Shown here piece after piece: positions 10,071 to 23,573 of a DNA stretch of 64,000 nucleotides. A program made the translations under genes and the position numbers. Every line of letters begins with the position of its first letter. The first letter of the stretch is position 1. The notes below the pieces were generated by a model. The model was given only the letters and a program-made list of their open reading frames with translations. It did not search any database and was not told the DNA's origin. This DNA comes from Bispira polyomma. Taxonomy: Eukaryota. The stretch covers positions 60,450,001-60,514,000 of the forward strand of contig OZ287755.1 in the NCBI GenBank assembly GCA_965649765.1. Reading direction: 5' to 3'.

Positions 10071-13000
10071 ACGGTGTGTGAAAATGAATTAACATGGTTA
10101 CACACATACAGCATATTTGTATATATTTCATTGTGTATGTTAAAATTCATAACAGAACCATCAACAGGTTACATATTTATTTTTCTATGATTTGTAGTCT
10201 ATATTATTTGTTTGGTTTTTTGGGGGGAGGGGGGGATTGCAGACAGCTGTTATTTTATTCTCTCCTTCAGTAAATGTAGGACTAATAATCAATAATGCTT
10301 TGCAACTTCCTTCCTGTTTACGTCTGTCTGCATGTGTGGGTTAATCACAACATTTGTTTATCAAAATAAAAGTTTTTTTTACTGTAAACTTATACTACAA
10401 ACAGTGGATAAGGTGCAGCAGTAAGTGTTATTGTGCTTATATGTGGTTTTTACCTCTATTTTTTGCAGTATTGACATTTTTTTTTTTTCGTTTTTGTTCA
10501 TTCTGACAGATGTAAACAACAACAAACCGGATGTTTTTAATTGACTGTATAATATTAATTTTAGTGGTTGTGGCATACATAAAGCCTTGTAAAGGGTGTT
10601 CATAATACATTGCATATAAACTGCCTTTATTTCGTCTGTATGTGCATTCAGTATTTTCTATTTATATGGCAATAAATCCGACTAGACCCATATTGCGACT
10701 GGACCCGTAATGCGACGGTAGGCAGTATGGTTGTAGTAGGTGTCATACAAGGCATAATCGTCCGGTTGGTAGTCGATATCAGGTTGTTATATCTGAGGAT
10801 TTGGTTACAGAATAACTTTTATCTGATAGTGAAACACGCAGTTCAGGTGGTATGGATAGTCTAGCTGTGGTTTCGTGAGAAATATTGTCACAACTCCAAA
10901 AAATGGGGAAAATGATGGAACGGCTTGACAAGCGCGTGTCGGATACAGAAACCGTGCTGTCAGCTAATAAAAACAGGCCAATTCTGACATAAATTCTAAG
11001 GAAAATTCTGCTAGCTCGAGTGTGGGAAGCATTGAAAACAATGAGAATACTGTTGTACTGAGAACTCAGTTTCTGAAACAAAATTCCTCTATTCAAAGCC
11101 ATGTTGAGGCACGATTGTTAGAGCTGAAACATCTTAATGAGAACCCCGTTAAAGGTAAGCTCAAATCACAGAGAGGTGGGGGGTCTGACCTATGTAGATA
11201 AACTCGACCAACTTAGGCGGGCCCACGCTCAGAGACATGTTTCTGGCAGCAGCTTGAGCAATTCAGCCACACAGGGCACCGGTAAGAGCAGTACGTTAAC
11301 AAACGCTGGCACAGCCAACTGTAAGTTTTATCAGGATGGATCCTGCAAGTACCGGGCAGCTATAAAACTGGGGAACACGTTCTTTAAACATGTATGTGAG
11401 AATTGTAGTGGGGCTCATAAAAGTAGTAGCTGTAGCAAAAAGCCATTAAAAGACTAATGGGCCACTGCAGAAATTCAGTGGCTGATATCAAAGTAGTTAG
11501 TAGACAGTTCTATGGCACTGTATTTCAGGATTTCCATCTGCTCGACAGACCTAGTATTATTGACTTATGTAAATATAACAGTAGTGGTAACAACTATAGC
11601 TACAGCCAAAGCCACAAGTAGCATTCTCACTGTCCCCCACATGCCGACCTCGCATAGTACCACCCAGCATGAAGGCAATACTAGTTTTTTGGGGAAAAGG
11701 AGTGTACAGAGCAAGGCTGGGGTCACAGTTGGGAAGGGTGCCAACAAGTGTAAGTACACAGGAGCTAAAGTCACAGACAATTCTAAAGGGGTGGCTGTAA
11801 AGAATAGGTTTCAAACACTACAAGAAATAGACCAAATTAGAAATGACAAAGAACAACTGTGGGTTCTGTCGTAGGCAATCGCATAGCTAAAGCTAGTCAG
11901 GCCCAAACAATGGGAACCATAAAGAGGGTTAAGGCTCTCACACCCCAAGCAGATCTGGTTGGCCCCAATAGCAGTGGTAGTGCAAGTGAAAGTATGCTTT
12001 GGAACTTAAGCAAAAAGTAAATAAAAGGGATCTTTTGGACAAGGCTAAAACTTGTGATACATACTGTGCTTGGTGGGAGCAAATAAGGTGGGCTAGGGCT
12101 TCACCCCTTTGACAGATTTAGGCTGTCGGGTATGGGACAGTGGTTCCACCAATTATAGTTCTGACATCTTAAAAATGCACAAGTTACTGTGTGAAGATGG
12201 TAGGCAAAACTTTAGAGGTTTGCAAATTCCAGTAAGTTCACAGCTGAACCCTGAAAAATAGGCTCAATATTTAAAAAATACTGATACTGGCAACTCCCGC
12301 TATTAATCAAATATGGGTTTCCTCTTGATGTAAGACGTGAAAATATTGATCAATCGGATGGAACCAATCATAAGTCGGTCAACGATATTCCACAGCATGT
12401 GGCCACATATCTTGCTAAAGAATGTAAGTTTGGTGCAATATTGGGCTCGTTTTAATATCCTCCAATTATTAACATGCATTTCTCGCATATGATGTCTCGA
12501 GACACGTCTAGTTCTGCTAACAAAAGGGTCATCATAGATCTTATCTGACCTATTTGCCTGTCTGTAAATGCAGGGGCATCTGCCAGTGAATATCTCGGTA
12601 CTGAGTTTTTATTGTCCTATCCCACTGTGGATAATATAACCAGGGAAGTGGCAAAGCTTGGCAAATGTTGTCACATTTTCAACGTTGATATAAGTCACGC
12701 ATTTAGTCTTCAAGCAAATTTCGGGCACAGTCAGATACATAATAGCTCAAGAGGGCTCATATACACACTTATATCGACGATTATCTGCGTCTGGCACTCC
12801 CTAGTAAGATTGAGAAAATATATTACAGACTGTAGGATCTGTTTGCAGAATTGGGCCTGACTGTCAGTCCCAAGATACTTGTACCACATAGTACTGAGGT
12901 GGTCTGCCTAGGTATCTTGATAAATACTAAAACTTTTACAACCTCTATTTCACCAGAAAAGCTCGAACAAATTAAGACGTTGTGCGAACAATGGAAAAGA

Positions 13001-14373
13001 AAAAATGTATGCACCAAGAGGGAACTACAGTCACTGCTTGGTTCCCTCTTGTATGTATCACAATGTATTAAGTACTCTCGTGTGTACCTTAATCGCATGT
13101 TGCAACTTCTTAGGGACAACCATAGTAAGAAATTTTCAGACACAACTGAGTTTAGAAGACATTTAAAATAGTTCACCACTTTTATGCAGCAGTTTAATGG
13201 GTCATTTTTTTGCTCACAAACCAATACAAGCCCAGGTTGAGCTGGATGCTTGCCTTACAGGTATGGGAAGCATATGCCGACCAGGTTTATAAACTTAACA
13301 TCCCTATTGAAATGGCCGACAATAACATAGCCTCCTTAGAGATGCTTAATATTTTGGTGGCCCTCAGAATCTGGGCCCATGTTTGGCATGGCAAACGGTT
13401 ACTGTTTAAATGTGACAATCAAGCGGTGGTTAGTGTCCTAACTAGTGGTCGCACACAGGATCCTGTCTAGGCTACTTATTCTAGGAACATCTACATGGTA
13501 GCAAGCCAACATGATATTGACATTGAAGTAATTCATATTTTAGCAGTAGAGAATAAGTTGCGAATTTGCTCTGTAGATGGGACAAAACCAGGGAACATTT
13601 TAAACTGCTGCATGAATGGGTGGGACCTGTTACATAGATTCCTACCCATGTAGGCCTCCTAAGGGTTGATAACAGTATATAGTGTATGTATAGCAAATGT
13701 TGTGTTTTGTGTATATAGGTGAAAACCCTGTGGAATCCCTGCTGACCAAGTGGGCCTGTGGCAGGTTGCACACTGCTTCTGCTGCCTCTACCTGTAATAC
13801 GTACAACAGCATGTTTAGACTCTTCATGGCCTTCACCATATTTATGAATTTACCGCTTAATCAGGTGAACGCATTGCAGTTATTAGCTTATTTGGAATCC
13901 AAACCACTTGTCAGCCATTAAGGCAAAGTTTACCATGTTTCACATGTCAATTGAGGTCTTTTCGGAACCCCGAATAACCTATTACAACAAGCACTTCTAG
14001 TGAACCGGCCTCTTAAGGCTAAATTAAAAAGTCTTTTTGATATTCCCATTTTATTAGATTTAGTTCATAAGTATGATTGTACCTACATGGGACAAGTTTT
14101 TAAGGCGGTTTATCTAACCAGCTTCTTTAGTTTTTCTTCGTCATTCTGTGGCTGCTTTTTCTCCACTGAAACACTTGGCCAGGGGGACGTGCTTTTCAAG
14201 CCTGGCTATGCTGTACTCTTGGTCAAATGGACCAAAACCATGCAGACCAAAGATGCAGTCAGGTTGCTTTCACTGCCTGCTTTGCGCGGTTTGAAACTGT
14301 GTCCATTTACCCCCATTAAAAAATCTTTAGCCCTTGCCCCCCCTGGCCCGAATGCCCGTCTGTTTTAGTACAA

Positions 14374-15435
14374 CTAATCAAAGATTCAAACAGATTTGTT
14401 TCAGATATTGAAGAAAAGCTCTTAGAACTGGGGTACTTCCTTTAAAAGCACAGGAGAACACATATTTTTTGCAATAATATTTATGATATTTAATAAGTGA
14501 TGATTATTCTCGTTGGAAGTATAGCCTAAAAGAATAACATTTTTACTGATATTAATTTCTATATCTGCATTTTGGAGAAAAGTAATCCTCACCTCCCTTA
14601 AAAATTTTAAAGTTGTGTCACATTCAACAAAAAGATGACTAATAGATTCCTCATATCTGTTGCAAAGCCTGCATAAATTATTGTCCGCCTTTCCGATTTT
14701 ATATAGAAACTTTTTCGTACCCAGGATTTGATTAATAATACGGTATTGCAGCCAAATTAAGTCATTGTCAAGAATACTTTTGAAACATATTGAATAAATA
14801 TTTTGCCATTCATTGGTACTGAAGCAGACTTCTAACAGAAGCTCCCATTTGTGCTTCAATTCACTGTCAATATTATTTGTGCTTTTTAGTTCATCATAGA
14901 AGGGTCGAATACCTTTTTAAACTTTATTCAGTTGTGCAATTACTACTGGTAGTATCGGTCTCTCAAGTCTATCTCGGAAGTGTTCTTTTTAAAAAAAATA
15001 TTTAGACACCTTTTTAACCTCATATAGTCAAGAAAGCTCACTTGTATTTGGAAATGTTTGCTTATTTCAAATTTTGACATGACGTTTCCCTTACTATTGT
15101 GTATATCGACTATATTTTGTATTCCTTTTTGGTAGCATGTTTTGAAAAAAGTGGGGTATCTAAAATTCTACTATTGTACCACAGAGGGGTTTTCATTATT
15201 TCTTGTTGCTTAGAACAAGTTTGTTGTAAAAGATTTGACCAAGACAATAGTGTCTCTTTCACAATTTGTTTGTTGTTCGAGATGCTAGAGCTTTTGGTCA
15301 CAGATGGCCTACCATGACTAGTTTGTTTGGGTCGAGGGTATAATTTTGACTGATTATTTTCCACGGCTAGTCTGAGCCATTTGTTAACTTCTTTATCCAA
15401 GATATGTTTAAGATGAAACAATCCAGGTCTACCAG
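14374..15435 (-). mobile_element. Internal fragment of Tx1/L1-type LINE ORF2 (C-terminal zf-RVT region) inserted in the Ngaro YR gene
   Basis: WLQYRIINQILGTKKFL...LCRLCNRYEESISHLFVEC and TPLWYNS motifs. Flanked by a 49-bp duplication of YR sequence (14325-14373 / 15436-15484). No poly(A). Confidence 0.85.
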
Positions 15436-16294
15436 CTTTAGCCCTTTCCCCACCTGGCCCGAATGCCCCTCTGTTTCAGTACAAGCTTAACTCCACCTGG
15501 GTCCCTTTGACTGACGCATGTGTATGTCGCCATCTTAAAAATATATCTCCAGTTATTAAACTTACAAGATTCAAACTTGACATTTCACGCTTTCCGACGT
15601 TTAGGTGCGACCTTTGCTTTAAATAATAACATCCATCTTCAGGACATTCAGCGTCACGGCACCTGGATGTCAGACTGCGTCTGGCGCTATTTCACGGATT
15701 CAGCACAGGTTGGTACTCAAGTGGCTGACTCGTTACAGGCGGCCCTACAACCTATACACTAGTTTGGTGTTTGGTGGTTTAGGACACTCCGTGTCCCCTG
15801 TCTATAATTTCAAAAACTAATTAGTCAAAAATTAAATAAATCAATTTGCTTGGGGCATAAGGTAACCTTACATTTGGATAGTACATAATGTACTCATCCA
15901 AATATTTTGTAATCTAAAACTAAAATCTATTAAACTTTATTAATTCAAATTTAAACTTAATTTCAAAATTAAGTTCACCTTTATCTTATGGTAACCTCAA
16001 ACCTAATTAATTTAAGCTTAAACTTAATTTCAAATTAGGTTCAACCTTAACTTATGGTAACCTTATACCTACCCCAAAAATTTATCAATTTATGGTTACC
16101 TTAATTTAGTTAAGTTAACGTAAACACACAAATGCGTAGCCCAATAATTATACCTCCGTTTCGAAAATGTATTAACCGTAAGTATCCACTATGCCATCCT
16201 TAAAAGATGTTTTTAGTGACCATTCTAACTATTTTTTTTTGCAAATATCATTTAAAACTTTAATATTTCTTTGCAAAGTGATTAAAATGGGAAT

Positions 16295-19200
16295 ATAACG
16301 ATCCTAGTATTGTGATGTCACACAATTTGAAATCTATGGTGGAACGTCACATTTGTAAACAATTCTCCCAGAGAGCCCCTTCTATTGTGACACAATACGA
16401 GTATTGATCCAGCATATATAAACGTATTATATAGGTTACACAACTTTTTAAAACGTGTATATTGTTTTGAGTGAATTGTATTTTTAAATATGTTCCCTTA
16501 TGTTCTATAAACGAAGAATACAAAGTATTGTAGTGAGAAGCCCGGGTCGCGGCAGCGTTCCACGATCAGAAGTTCTACCAACAACCAGAAGTGACGAACG
16601 GGAAGCCGGGTTCTTGGTGTAGATATTTGAACTAACAAGTGGTTACAAACAATTATGCACGAAGACGTATCTGGGCTGTCTCCACAGGCCAAGTGCAGCC
16701 ATTAATACAGTTACAAAGAAGACTGTTGACTACAGACAGTTTAGAAGACTGGTACCCTGTACATTGTCACAAAGTTAGTGTAAAATTACAATAATGGTAC
16801 CAGAAGTAAATTGGTGTGGATTTTGTGCCAAATTTACACCTTGAATTGAAACTGTGATAAATACACCATTTATATAATATAATATAGAGTTGATTAGCAT
16901 TGTAATTTATTTTGATAGTTATCTTTGGCGGTTTTTCATACATCAAATTACTTTGATTTGGCGGTTTTTTCGTACATCAAATTACCCGGGTTACACTGCT
17001 AATATCAAAATAAATCAACTCTATCAGTAGCATAAATATAATATTTGTGACCGTGCTATTGTGTGGAGTATTGAATAAAAAAGTAAATTATTGTAAATTA
17101 GTGTAGTGATATTTATTCAAAAATATTGATAAATATTAAAACTAGTGAGTCGACAGATTGCGACATTACTGGTTTATAGTCGCATATATACTTGCTATTG
17201 AAACTGTGTATTTTGCTTTAACTAAGTAATTTGAAGCAAAGTTATTGGTGTTGAGTCACTGTCGGTAGATATTTGTTTGGTGGAAAACAGTGACATATAA
17301 AGTAATTTCGGGTGCATTACTTTGTTAGTGCAGTTGCATACATACATTGCAATTTAGTAACTGTTAGATAAAGTGCAGTTACATATAGATTATGTAATTG
17401 AGTAGCTGTCGATATATAGTGCAGTTAGGTAGATATTGCATAAATATTGTGTAATTCATTGACATTGAATTAATATTATATATATTATATATATATATAT
17501 ATATAACTATATTTGTCAGAAAAAGAAAATAAATTTCTGATAATTTTATGTTTGGCTTTAAAAAATTGCATAAATTCATTGCAATTTAAAATATATTGGA
17601 AATTCAATAAATTCTAAAATAATTGGAAACTGAACTTAGTGTTGCACTAAATTTGTGAATCATAATAATTGATTTGCATTAAGATCAAATAAATTAGTGC
17701 ATAACAACTCAATAAATTGTTAAGTTGCCTTTCAGTGTGATTTAGTTAATTGGAAAAAAAGCTCAATTAAGTACTTAAGTTGCATATCACTTGCAATTCT
17801 GTTGCTTAATTATTGCTGGAAGTTTGTTACAGGAGTCAAGTAGCAAAACGAAAGAAAGTAAAATGGCTGAAAATTCAATGTTGTGCTGATTATTAAAGTG
17901 ACTCGGATAATTCACAGAAGTGTCATGTTCATTCAGTAACACAGGGATTTGTCGCATCAGGTGGTGATGTAGTTGAAGGAACATTGTTTTAATTGTCACC
18001 AAAAAGGGAAGTCGTCACATCAGGTGATGCACAGAAGAATGTGGTCAAGTCAGAGTCATGATTGGATGTCATGGCAAGCAAACTGGAGGTTACAGAAAAG
18101 TTATTAAATGTGGTTGACATAAAGACTGAGTCATTGGATGTCTTGATGGCAGATTGTGTCAAAACATTGTCAAACATGGGTTTTAAAATGGATATAAGCG
18201 ATGAGGTGCCATGAAAAAAGTTTGAGGAAATGAAGGTGGAATTTGGTGTAGCCATTAAAGCAGTGCTGAAAAATTTGATATGGTGTGGTAGTCGAATTGG
18301 GCCAAAAGGTGGAGAAAGACCAAAAAGATGTTCTGGATAAGCTGGCCTGCACGGATGGACAAATTACTCACCTTCAACAGAAAGTGGTTACTGTAGAAAA
18401 GGATTTGAGTGGCATCAAATTGCACATTCAGACAGCAGAAGTGAAGGTAGCAGGTGCAGAGCAAGAAGTGAAAAACCTTCATGTCAAAGTTACACAGGTC
18501 TGTCAAGAAACTACCCATCAGCTGGCTACTATAAAACAGGAAGTCAGTGCAGTTAAACGGGACATTAGATCCACCACGAGGGAAGTTTATCAAGTAAAAT
18601 CTAATGTGGTCACCAAGGTTAATACCCTGCAGAAAGAAGTGTTGTGAAGATGTCCGTTCAGTCTGCTGAGGAGCAGCCAGGCCAAATCACACAAGAACTT
18701 TATCAGCATGTCGCATCAAGCAAATCTGACGTTCACGCGCTTGAAGCCAACATTCAAAGAGTACAACTTGAGGTATTTAATGACGTTCAGGAAACTCAGA
18801 GTGATATGCAGAGTAACACTCAGAAAATTGTAGGACTCAAAAAGGACATAGGTGGCATCTCGGTGCGCATTCTGTCCACGGAACAGAAGATTGATGACCT
18901 TGGAAGCAAACTAGGAAGTCGGGAGATTACAATAAATCCAGATTTTGCGAACCTGAAGCGTGTGTGAGTGTTTTAAAACAGGATGTGGATAACCTTAAAT
19001 CCCAAACAAATCCGTCTTCGACTGATGCCGTAGCGACACATAATATCGAGTGTAACTCTCTTCAGGAGGATAGCAATAAATCTTTTCAGGAAATATCTGA
19101 TTTAAAAACTAAGCGTGATTCTTTCGTAGATCGATATTTACCGGAAAAAGAAGCACAAGTCAAACGTGTGCAGCAAATACCAGGAGTTAAAGGTGTATTG

Positions 19201-20335
19201 GTAGCAAGAGCTGGACAGCTAGTTGATCTGAAGCAAGCATTCTAGGAGGATATCCTTTGCTAAAAAGGCTAAAGTGATTTGCAATCGAGTTGACAGCTGG
19301 TGTTACAGAACTGAAACAGAAATATGGGGTAGACTTTACATCACCATCAGGATGGCAAAAGGACTTGGAGTGGACTAGGTATGAGCTTCCAATATCGATG
19401 ACTCAAGTGAAGCCGGTCAGTACACCTCATCCACAGTTCAGTGTGCCAGATAATCTGTCATCTACACCTGTTATTGAAGCAGTTTACAAAAAGTTGTTCA
19501 AAGAAAGAACAGTCATTTCACGTTATGTTAGAGGGGAAAGGAAGTCGTATGAACCACCTGCTGTAAACAGGACCTATAGCAAAAAATTACGTCCTACTAA
19601 ACGGCCAGTTACTGATGTAACATTTGAATTTGACAGTAATGATGCTCCTAGTTCAACAGGAAGTAAAGCAGAGGGGTTACTAGTTGCAGCACGTTACACT
19701 AGCACTTCACCTGTAATTGGGAATGTGAGAAATCGAGGAAGCTTAGGTGTTCCCAGGGGAGTACTGGAGAGGTTTCATTGGGCAGTTTGAAACGTATGCC
19801 TGGAACATGCCATGGACAGAGGCCAACAAGATTGACGCATTTTCCATGTGTCTGAGGAAAGAAGCTTCAGAGTATGCCAGCATCCTATCCACTCAAGCAA
19901 GAGGTAGTTTTGAGGAAATTAAAACGAAGTTTAAAGCTCATTTTAAGAAAACAGATATTCCCAGTACCGTTAGATGGGAGTTACTTTCAGTGGAGCAGAG
20001 GGTGGATGAATTATTGGAAAGGTTTTTGTCCAGACTTCAGAAAATATTCATCAGCGCATATCCAGATCCAGCAGGAGTAATATTGTGCGATGTTTATTAA
20101 AGCTTTCTTGAAGGGTTGTAGAGACAAATATTTCGCATTACCAGCTGGTACAAAGTCTCCTTTGACGTTAGAGGAAGCGTTCAAGTATGAACAGCAGGAA
20201 CAGCACATGAGGAGGGCAATTCATGATAAAAAGGCATCCGCCAAGATGGTACAGCAATTACAATTTGAGTCGGATCGTCTAGATGAGGATGTTGCTGTAA
20301 ACATTAAAGCCAGACAAGTCAGCCCTTTCATTTGA
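16295..20335 (+). mobile_element. Truncated Ty3/Gypsy LTR retrotransposon: 5' LTR, PBS and degenerate gag
   Basis: LTR-like segment ends ...ttaca at 16790 (start uncertain), followed by PBS tggtaccagaagt. A long coiled-coil region lies at ~17980-19250. Capsid-like motifs WRGFIGQFETYAWNMPWTEANKIDAFSMCLRKEA, LLSVEQRVDELLERFLSRLQ and FIKAFLKG lie at 19747-20335. No pol. Confidence 0.8.
16795..16807 (+). promoter_or_regulatory. Primer-binding site, likely tRNA-Leu
   Basis: TGGTACCAGAAGT lies 4 nt after the LTR end CA and is complementary to a tRNA 3' end ACTTCTGGTA-CCA, as found in metazoan tRNA-Leu(TAA). Confidence 0.6.
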
Positions 20336-20789
20336 AATATTGCTGAAGTTTTTCTTTTTCTAGTCATGTACAATATTTCAGCATTGATACCTTCTTGGTA
20401 TGTGCATTGTGTCACGTTTGTGAATGGTGTACTTGGACAAATATTCATGTTTTTCTTACAATTTTACACCTTCTTATACGTATGCCTTCTTATATTTATG
20501 CTAATAAATTGATAAAATCAATGTTAAAATTTAGAAAATTCAGCTTAAAATGTTATTTAATCAGTCCACTAATATTTTCACAACTCATAAAGCAAATATC
20601 ATATTTGAAAATGGACTTTAAGGCCTTTATAACAATGTAGTGTATGTTTCTAGACAGTGAATCCTTCACAAGGTGGTTTTGTGGCGATCGTTTTTTGTGT
20701 TTACGTCACTAAAGCCTTAAGGTTACCTTCAATTGATGGCTATCTTAAATATTCATTGCTTGAGTTAAGGTTACCTTATGCCCCCGTAA

Positions 20790-21270
20790 AACTTGAAATG
20801 TATATATATGAATGTTAGCTCTAACCCTGGTCACCAATAAAATGTACTGCAATTGTTTTACTGTGTTCAAACTAAGGTAAATTGTCACTATAGCTGGCCC
20901 ATGAGCAACTGATTCTGGAGGCTTGTGCTCGACTTGACATTGGGTTTCTGTAGTACATATACCAAGTAAAAAGAATATTATTGCCGATCTTATGTCATGG
21001 TGGTCACAGTGCAGGGACCCTATTACAAACTTACACCAGTTTGTTAAGTCACCTGTGTGGTAATGTACAATTTTATCATTCAGAAGTTGATTATGATATT
21101 TAAATGTGCAAGTTGGATAGACTTACTGGACAGGGTGGTACACTATCCCTGTAGATTTGTGTTTCATCTAGCTTTGACTTCCAGCCTGTCACGCTGAACT
21201 GTTTGAAGACGATGATTTAGGATTTCTGCCTCTCCCCCTCTCCTTGGACTATTTTCCCTATCTGCACTTA
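20790..21270 (+). pseudogene. DIRS/Ngaro RNase H C-terminal remnant
   Basis: LEACARLDI...VVHIPSKKNIIADLMSWW (~20915-21005) resembles the HIxGxxNxxADxLSRW motif. Confidence 0.6.
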
Positions 21271-23573
21271 ACAGGTTTTAATACATATCTATATATATAT
21301 ATCTTACAGTAAATTTGCGTAACCAATAAATACGCGTATTTACTGATATTTTCAGAAAATAAGCAAACTTACTGATTTATTCAGGAAATATGTGTAATCC
21401 CAAAAAATTTCAGTTAATACGCATATTTACTGGTTTTTAGGTCCAGTAAGTTCACATATTTCCTGAATTGTCTCATTATTTATTGAAGTGATGAATTACT
21501 GGTTACATTAAGTCTTTTTTATCCATACAATGTATTATTTTATGGTGGTAGTGATTTTACCAGTTATTAATGAGTTCATCTTTATTTATTACATCAATAC
21601 TAATGTTATAATTATTCTTTAAAATATTGACACTGAAATTACTTTTGAAATATAATATCAATGACATTTTCTTATATATTTTGATAATAAATAAAAACTG
21701 TTGGTAATGGCAAGTTCATTTATCAGTTCCTTAAGTGTGTGATGAGTGATAAAGGCATAAATTAACAAGAAGGAATTCAGGTTTGGAGATTTATTCTCTG
21801 TACATGTTAGTATCTATGTAGAGTTTGATAAACATTTAAAATTTGTAAAATATATGTAAAAACTTTTAAATCAGCCCATACGGGTAATAATAAGCCCACA
21901 AAAGCGGACATAAACATAGTAGAACAAAGGTATAACCCATGAATCTGTTATGTTAAAAACAAAAACCTCATGATACTATCATTAACATATATAAAGGACT
22001 AGCCATTAACAATATGTTATAAAAAGTTACGTGATAAAATAATAAGAATGTAATCATACAGAAGTGAAGGCACCTATTTAACTAGCAGTGAAGGTTCCCA
22101 ACTGCAGAGCTTTAATCCCTGGTAGTCCACACCAGGGGGTAGATGCAAGCTGAAAACCAGCACCACACGGATCTGAGTTCAACCAACCAGCAGTAACACG
22201 CGAGCTAGGTAAAATGAAGAGAGTACCTTAATGATGGAGGAGAAAGGGGAGGTTGGTAGGAATTTTTACTTTTCTCCAGTGTTTACTGGTGGAAATTCGT
22301 TTTCAAAATGGTGCCACAAGTTGGGGCAGCATAAGCTAATTCATCAAGAGGGTCAGTTGGTGATTGGTTAACCCGATATGGCTGGGTAAACAGGATCAAC
22401 CAGAAGTGTTTTTAAAATAATAGTTAAGGTGTATTATGAACTGACACAGCAGTCCCCTAAAGTGGTCATGCTAGTCACAGTTCCTTAAATGTGTGATGAG
22501 TGATAAAGGCATAAATTAACAAGAAGCAATTTAGGTTTGGCGATTTATTCTCTGTACACGTTAGTATCTATGTACAGTTTGATAAACATTTAAATTTTTT
22601 AAAATATATGTAAAAACTTTTAAATCAGCCCAAACCCAAAGTCAAAATGAAGAAGGGATAATTTCTGCAAAAGTGGAAGGAATTATTGAGGCTGCTTGGG
22701 AAGTAACTTGTAGGTATGTCCATACAGCAGAGCTTCTCCACAGCCTATGTGCCATAATATTTTGGAGTGATATGTTGTTATTGAAGGCCAGTATTGCTCC
22801 AGATCTTCTGAAGATGTGGAATCTGTGTAGAGTGTGGCTTATGCCTACATGCTGTAGTACTGTCCTTAGAGCTGCCCTAATGTGTGAGTCCACTATTGGA
22901 TGATATGGAGGTGATGCAGTTACAAATATGGGTGATAAATCTGAGGTCTTCCTGGATTCAAGAAGCTTATAAAGAGCCTTAACTGGGCACAGGAGAGGTA
23001 TTTTTATGTTTGGCAGTTGAACCACACGTGATTTGGAACGATCTTGCATGTTCTTAGCCTACTTTATAATTATGTGTACTCCAGGAGGTCCAAATATGAA
23101 ATCTTGTCTTAACAAGTGCCTTGAGGGATCAAATTTCTTTCTAGAATGGGGGGCAATGCATAAATCCATAAAATAGCCCTATAAGATATGGGATCACTTA
23201 GTATTTCACACATTTCTGAAATTTTTAGGAGTTGCTTAATGTCAAATACCCCTTTTGGAGCAGTCCTAAATTGGCTGGAGTAAGCTGTGTAGTTAAGGGT
23301 CTCAGTGCAGTGGGTATTCTGTCAATAGCTGCCTGTCCTAGTGTATCAGATGATGCTGTAGCACCTGAAATTATATGTTAAGATTTAGGTTAAAATGAAT
23401 TATTGGCACAGATTTACGTTCAAATTGATTCAGTAACTGCATCATGTCTTGGTTGGGAGGCTTGTCCGAATAGATTCTGGACAAAGCATCCGCCAAAATG
23501 TTCTTTTTACCCTTAATATGTATTATTTCTAATGTGATATCATACGTAGAGGTGAGTAATCAGATGTTTCTGA

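Larger units (their letters stand above)
3736..10725 (-). mobile_element. pogo-superfamily (DD35D, Fot-like/Passer-type) DNA transposon, 6990 bp
   Basis: TA TSD at 3734-3735 and 10726-10727. TIR CTGCCTACCGTCGCA(A/T)TA(T/C)GGG at both ends, with a duplicated subterminal gtcgcaatatggg motif at the right end. Contains a spliced transposase on the minus strand. Confidence 0.93.
3450..15850 (+). mobile_element. Ngaro/DIRS tyrosine-recombinase retrotransposon #1 (decayed; interrupted by pogo 3736-10725 and a LINE fragment 14374-15435)
   Basis: ORF1 starts ATG 3716 (MPKVKVY|GCSRCHTRHNRPVG once the pogo is removed). Zn finger CKFYQDGSC...HVCENCSGAHKSSSC (11137-11457), RT pieces (12150-13200; KILVPHSTEVVCLGILIN, ELQSLLGSL), RNase H (IASLEMLNILVALRIW, CDNQAVV), and YR (LLVKWTKT at 14000-14368; TFHAFRRLGAT...HGTWMSDCVWRY at 15520-15762). 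TATA-like tataaaag at ~3520. Boundaries are approximate. Confidence 0.88.
15852..20784. mobile_element. Probable non-autonomous TIR element (GGGGCATAAGGTAACCTTA ends) enclosing the Gypsy remnant
   Basis: ggggcataaggtaacctta at 15852 is the exact inverse of taaggttaccttatgcccc ending at 20784. ggtaacct/aggttacc subterminal motifs recur at 15988-16100 and 20718. No clear TSD. Confidence 0.5.

Noticed and set aside
18285-19245. Host myosin/SMC-like coiled-coil gene
   Set aside because: Intronless, frameshifted and located between an LTR/PBS and the gag capsid, so it is treated as part of gag.
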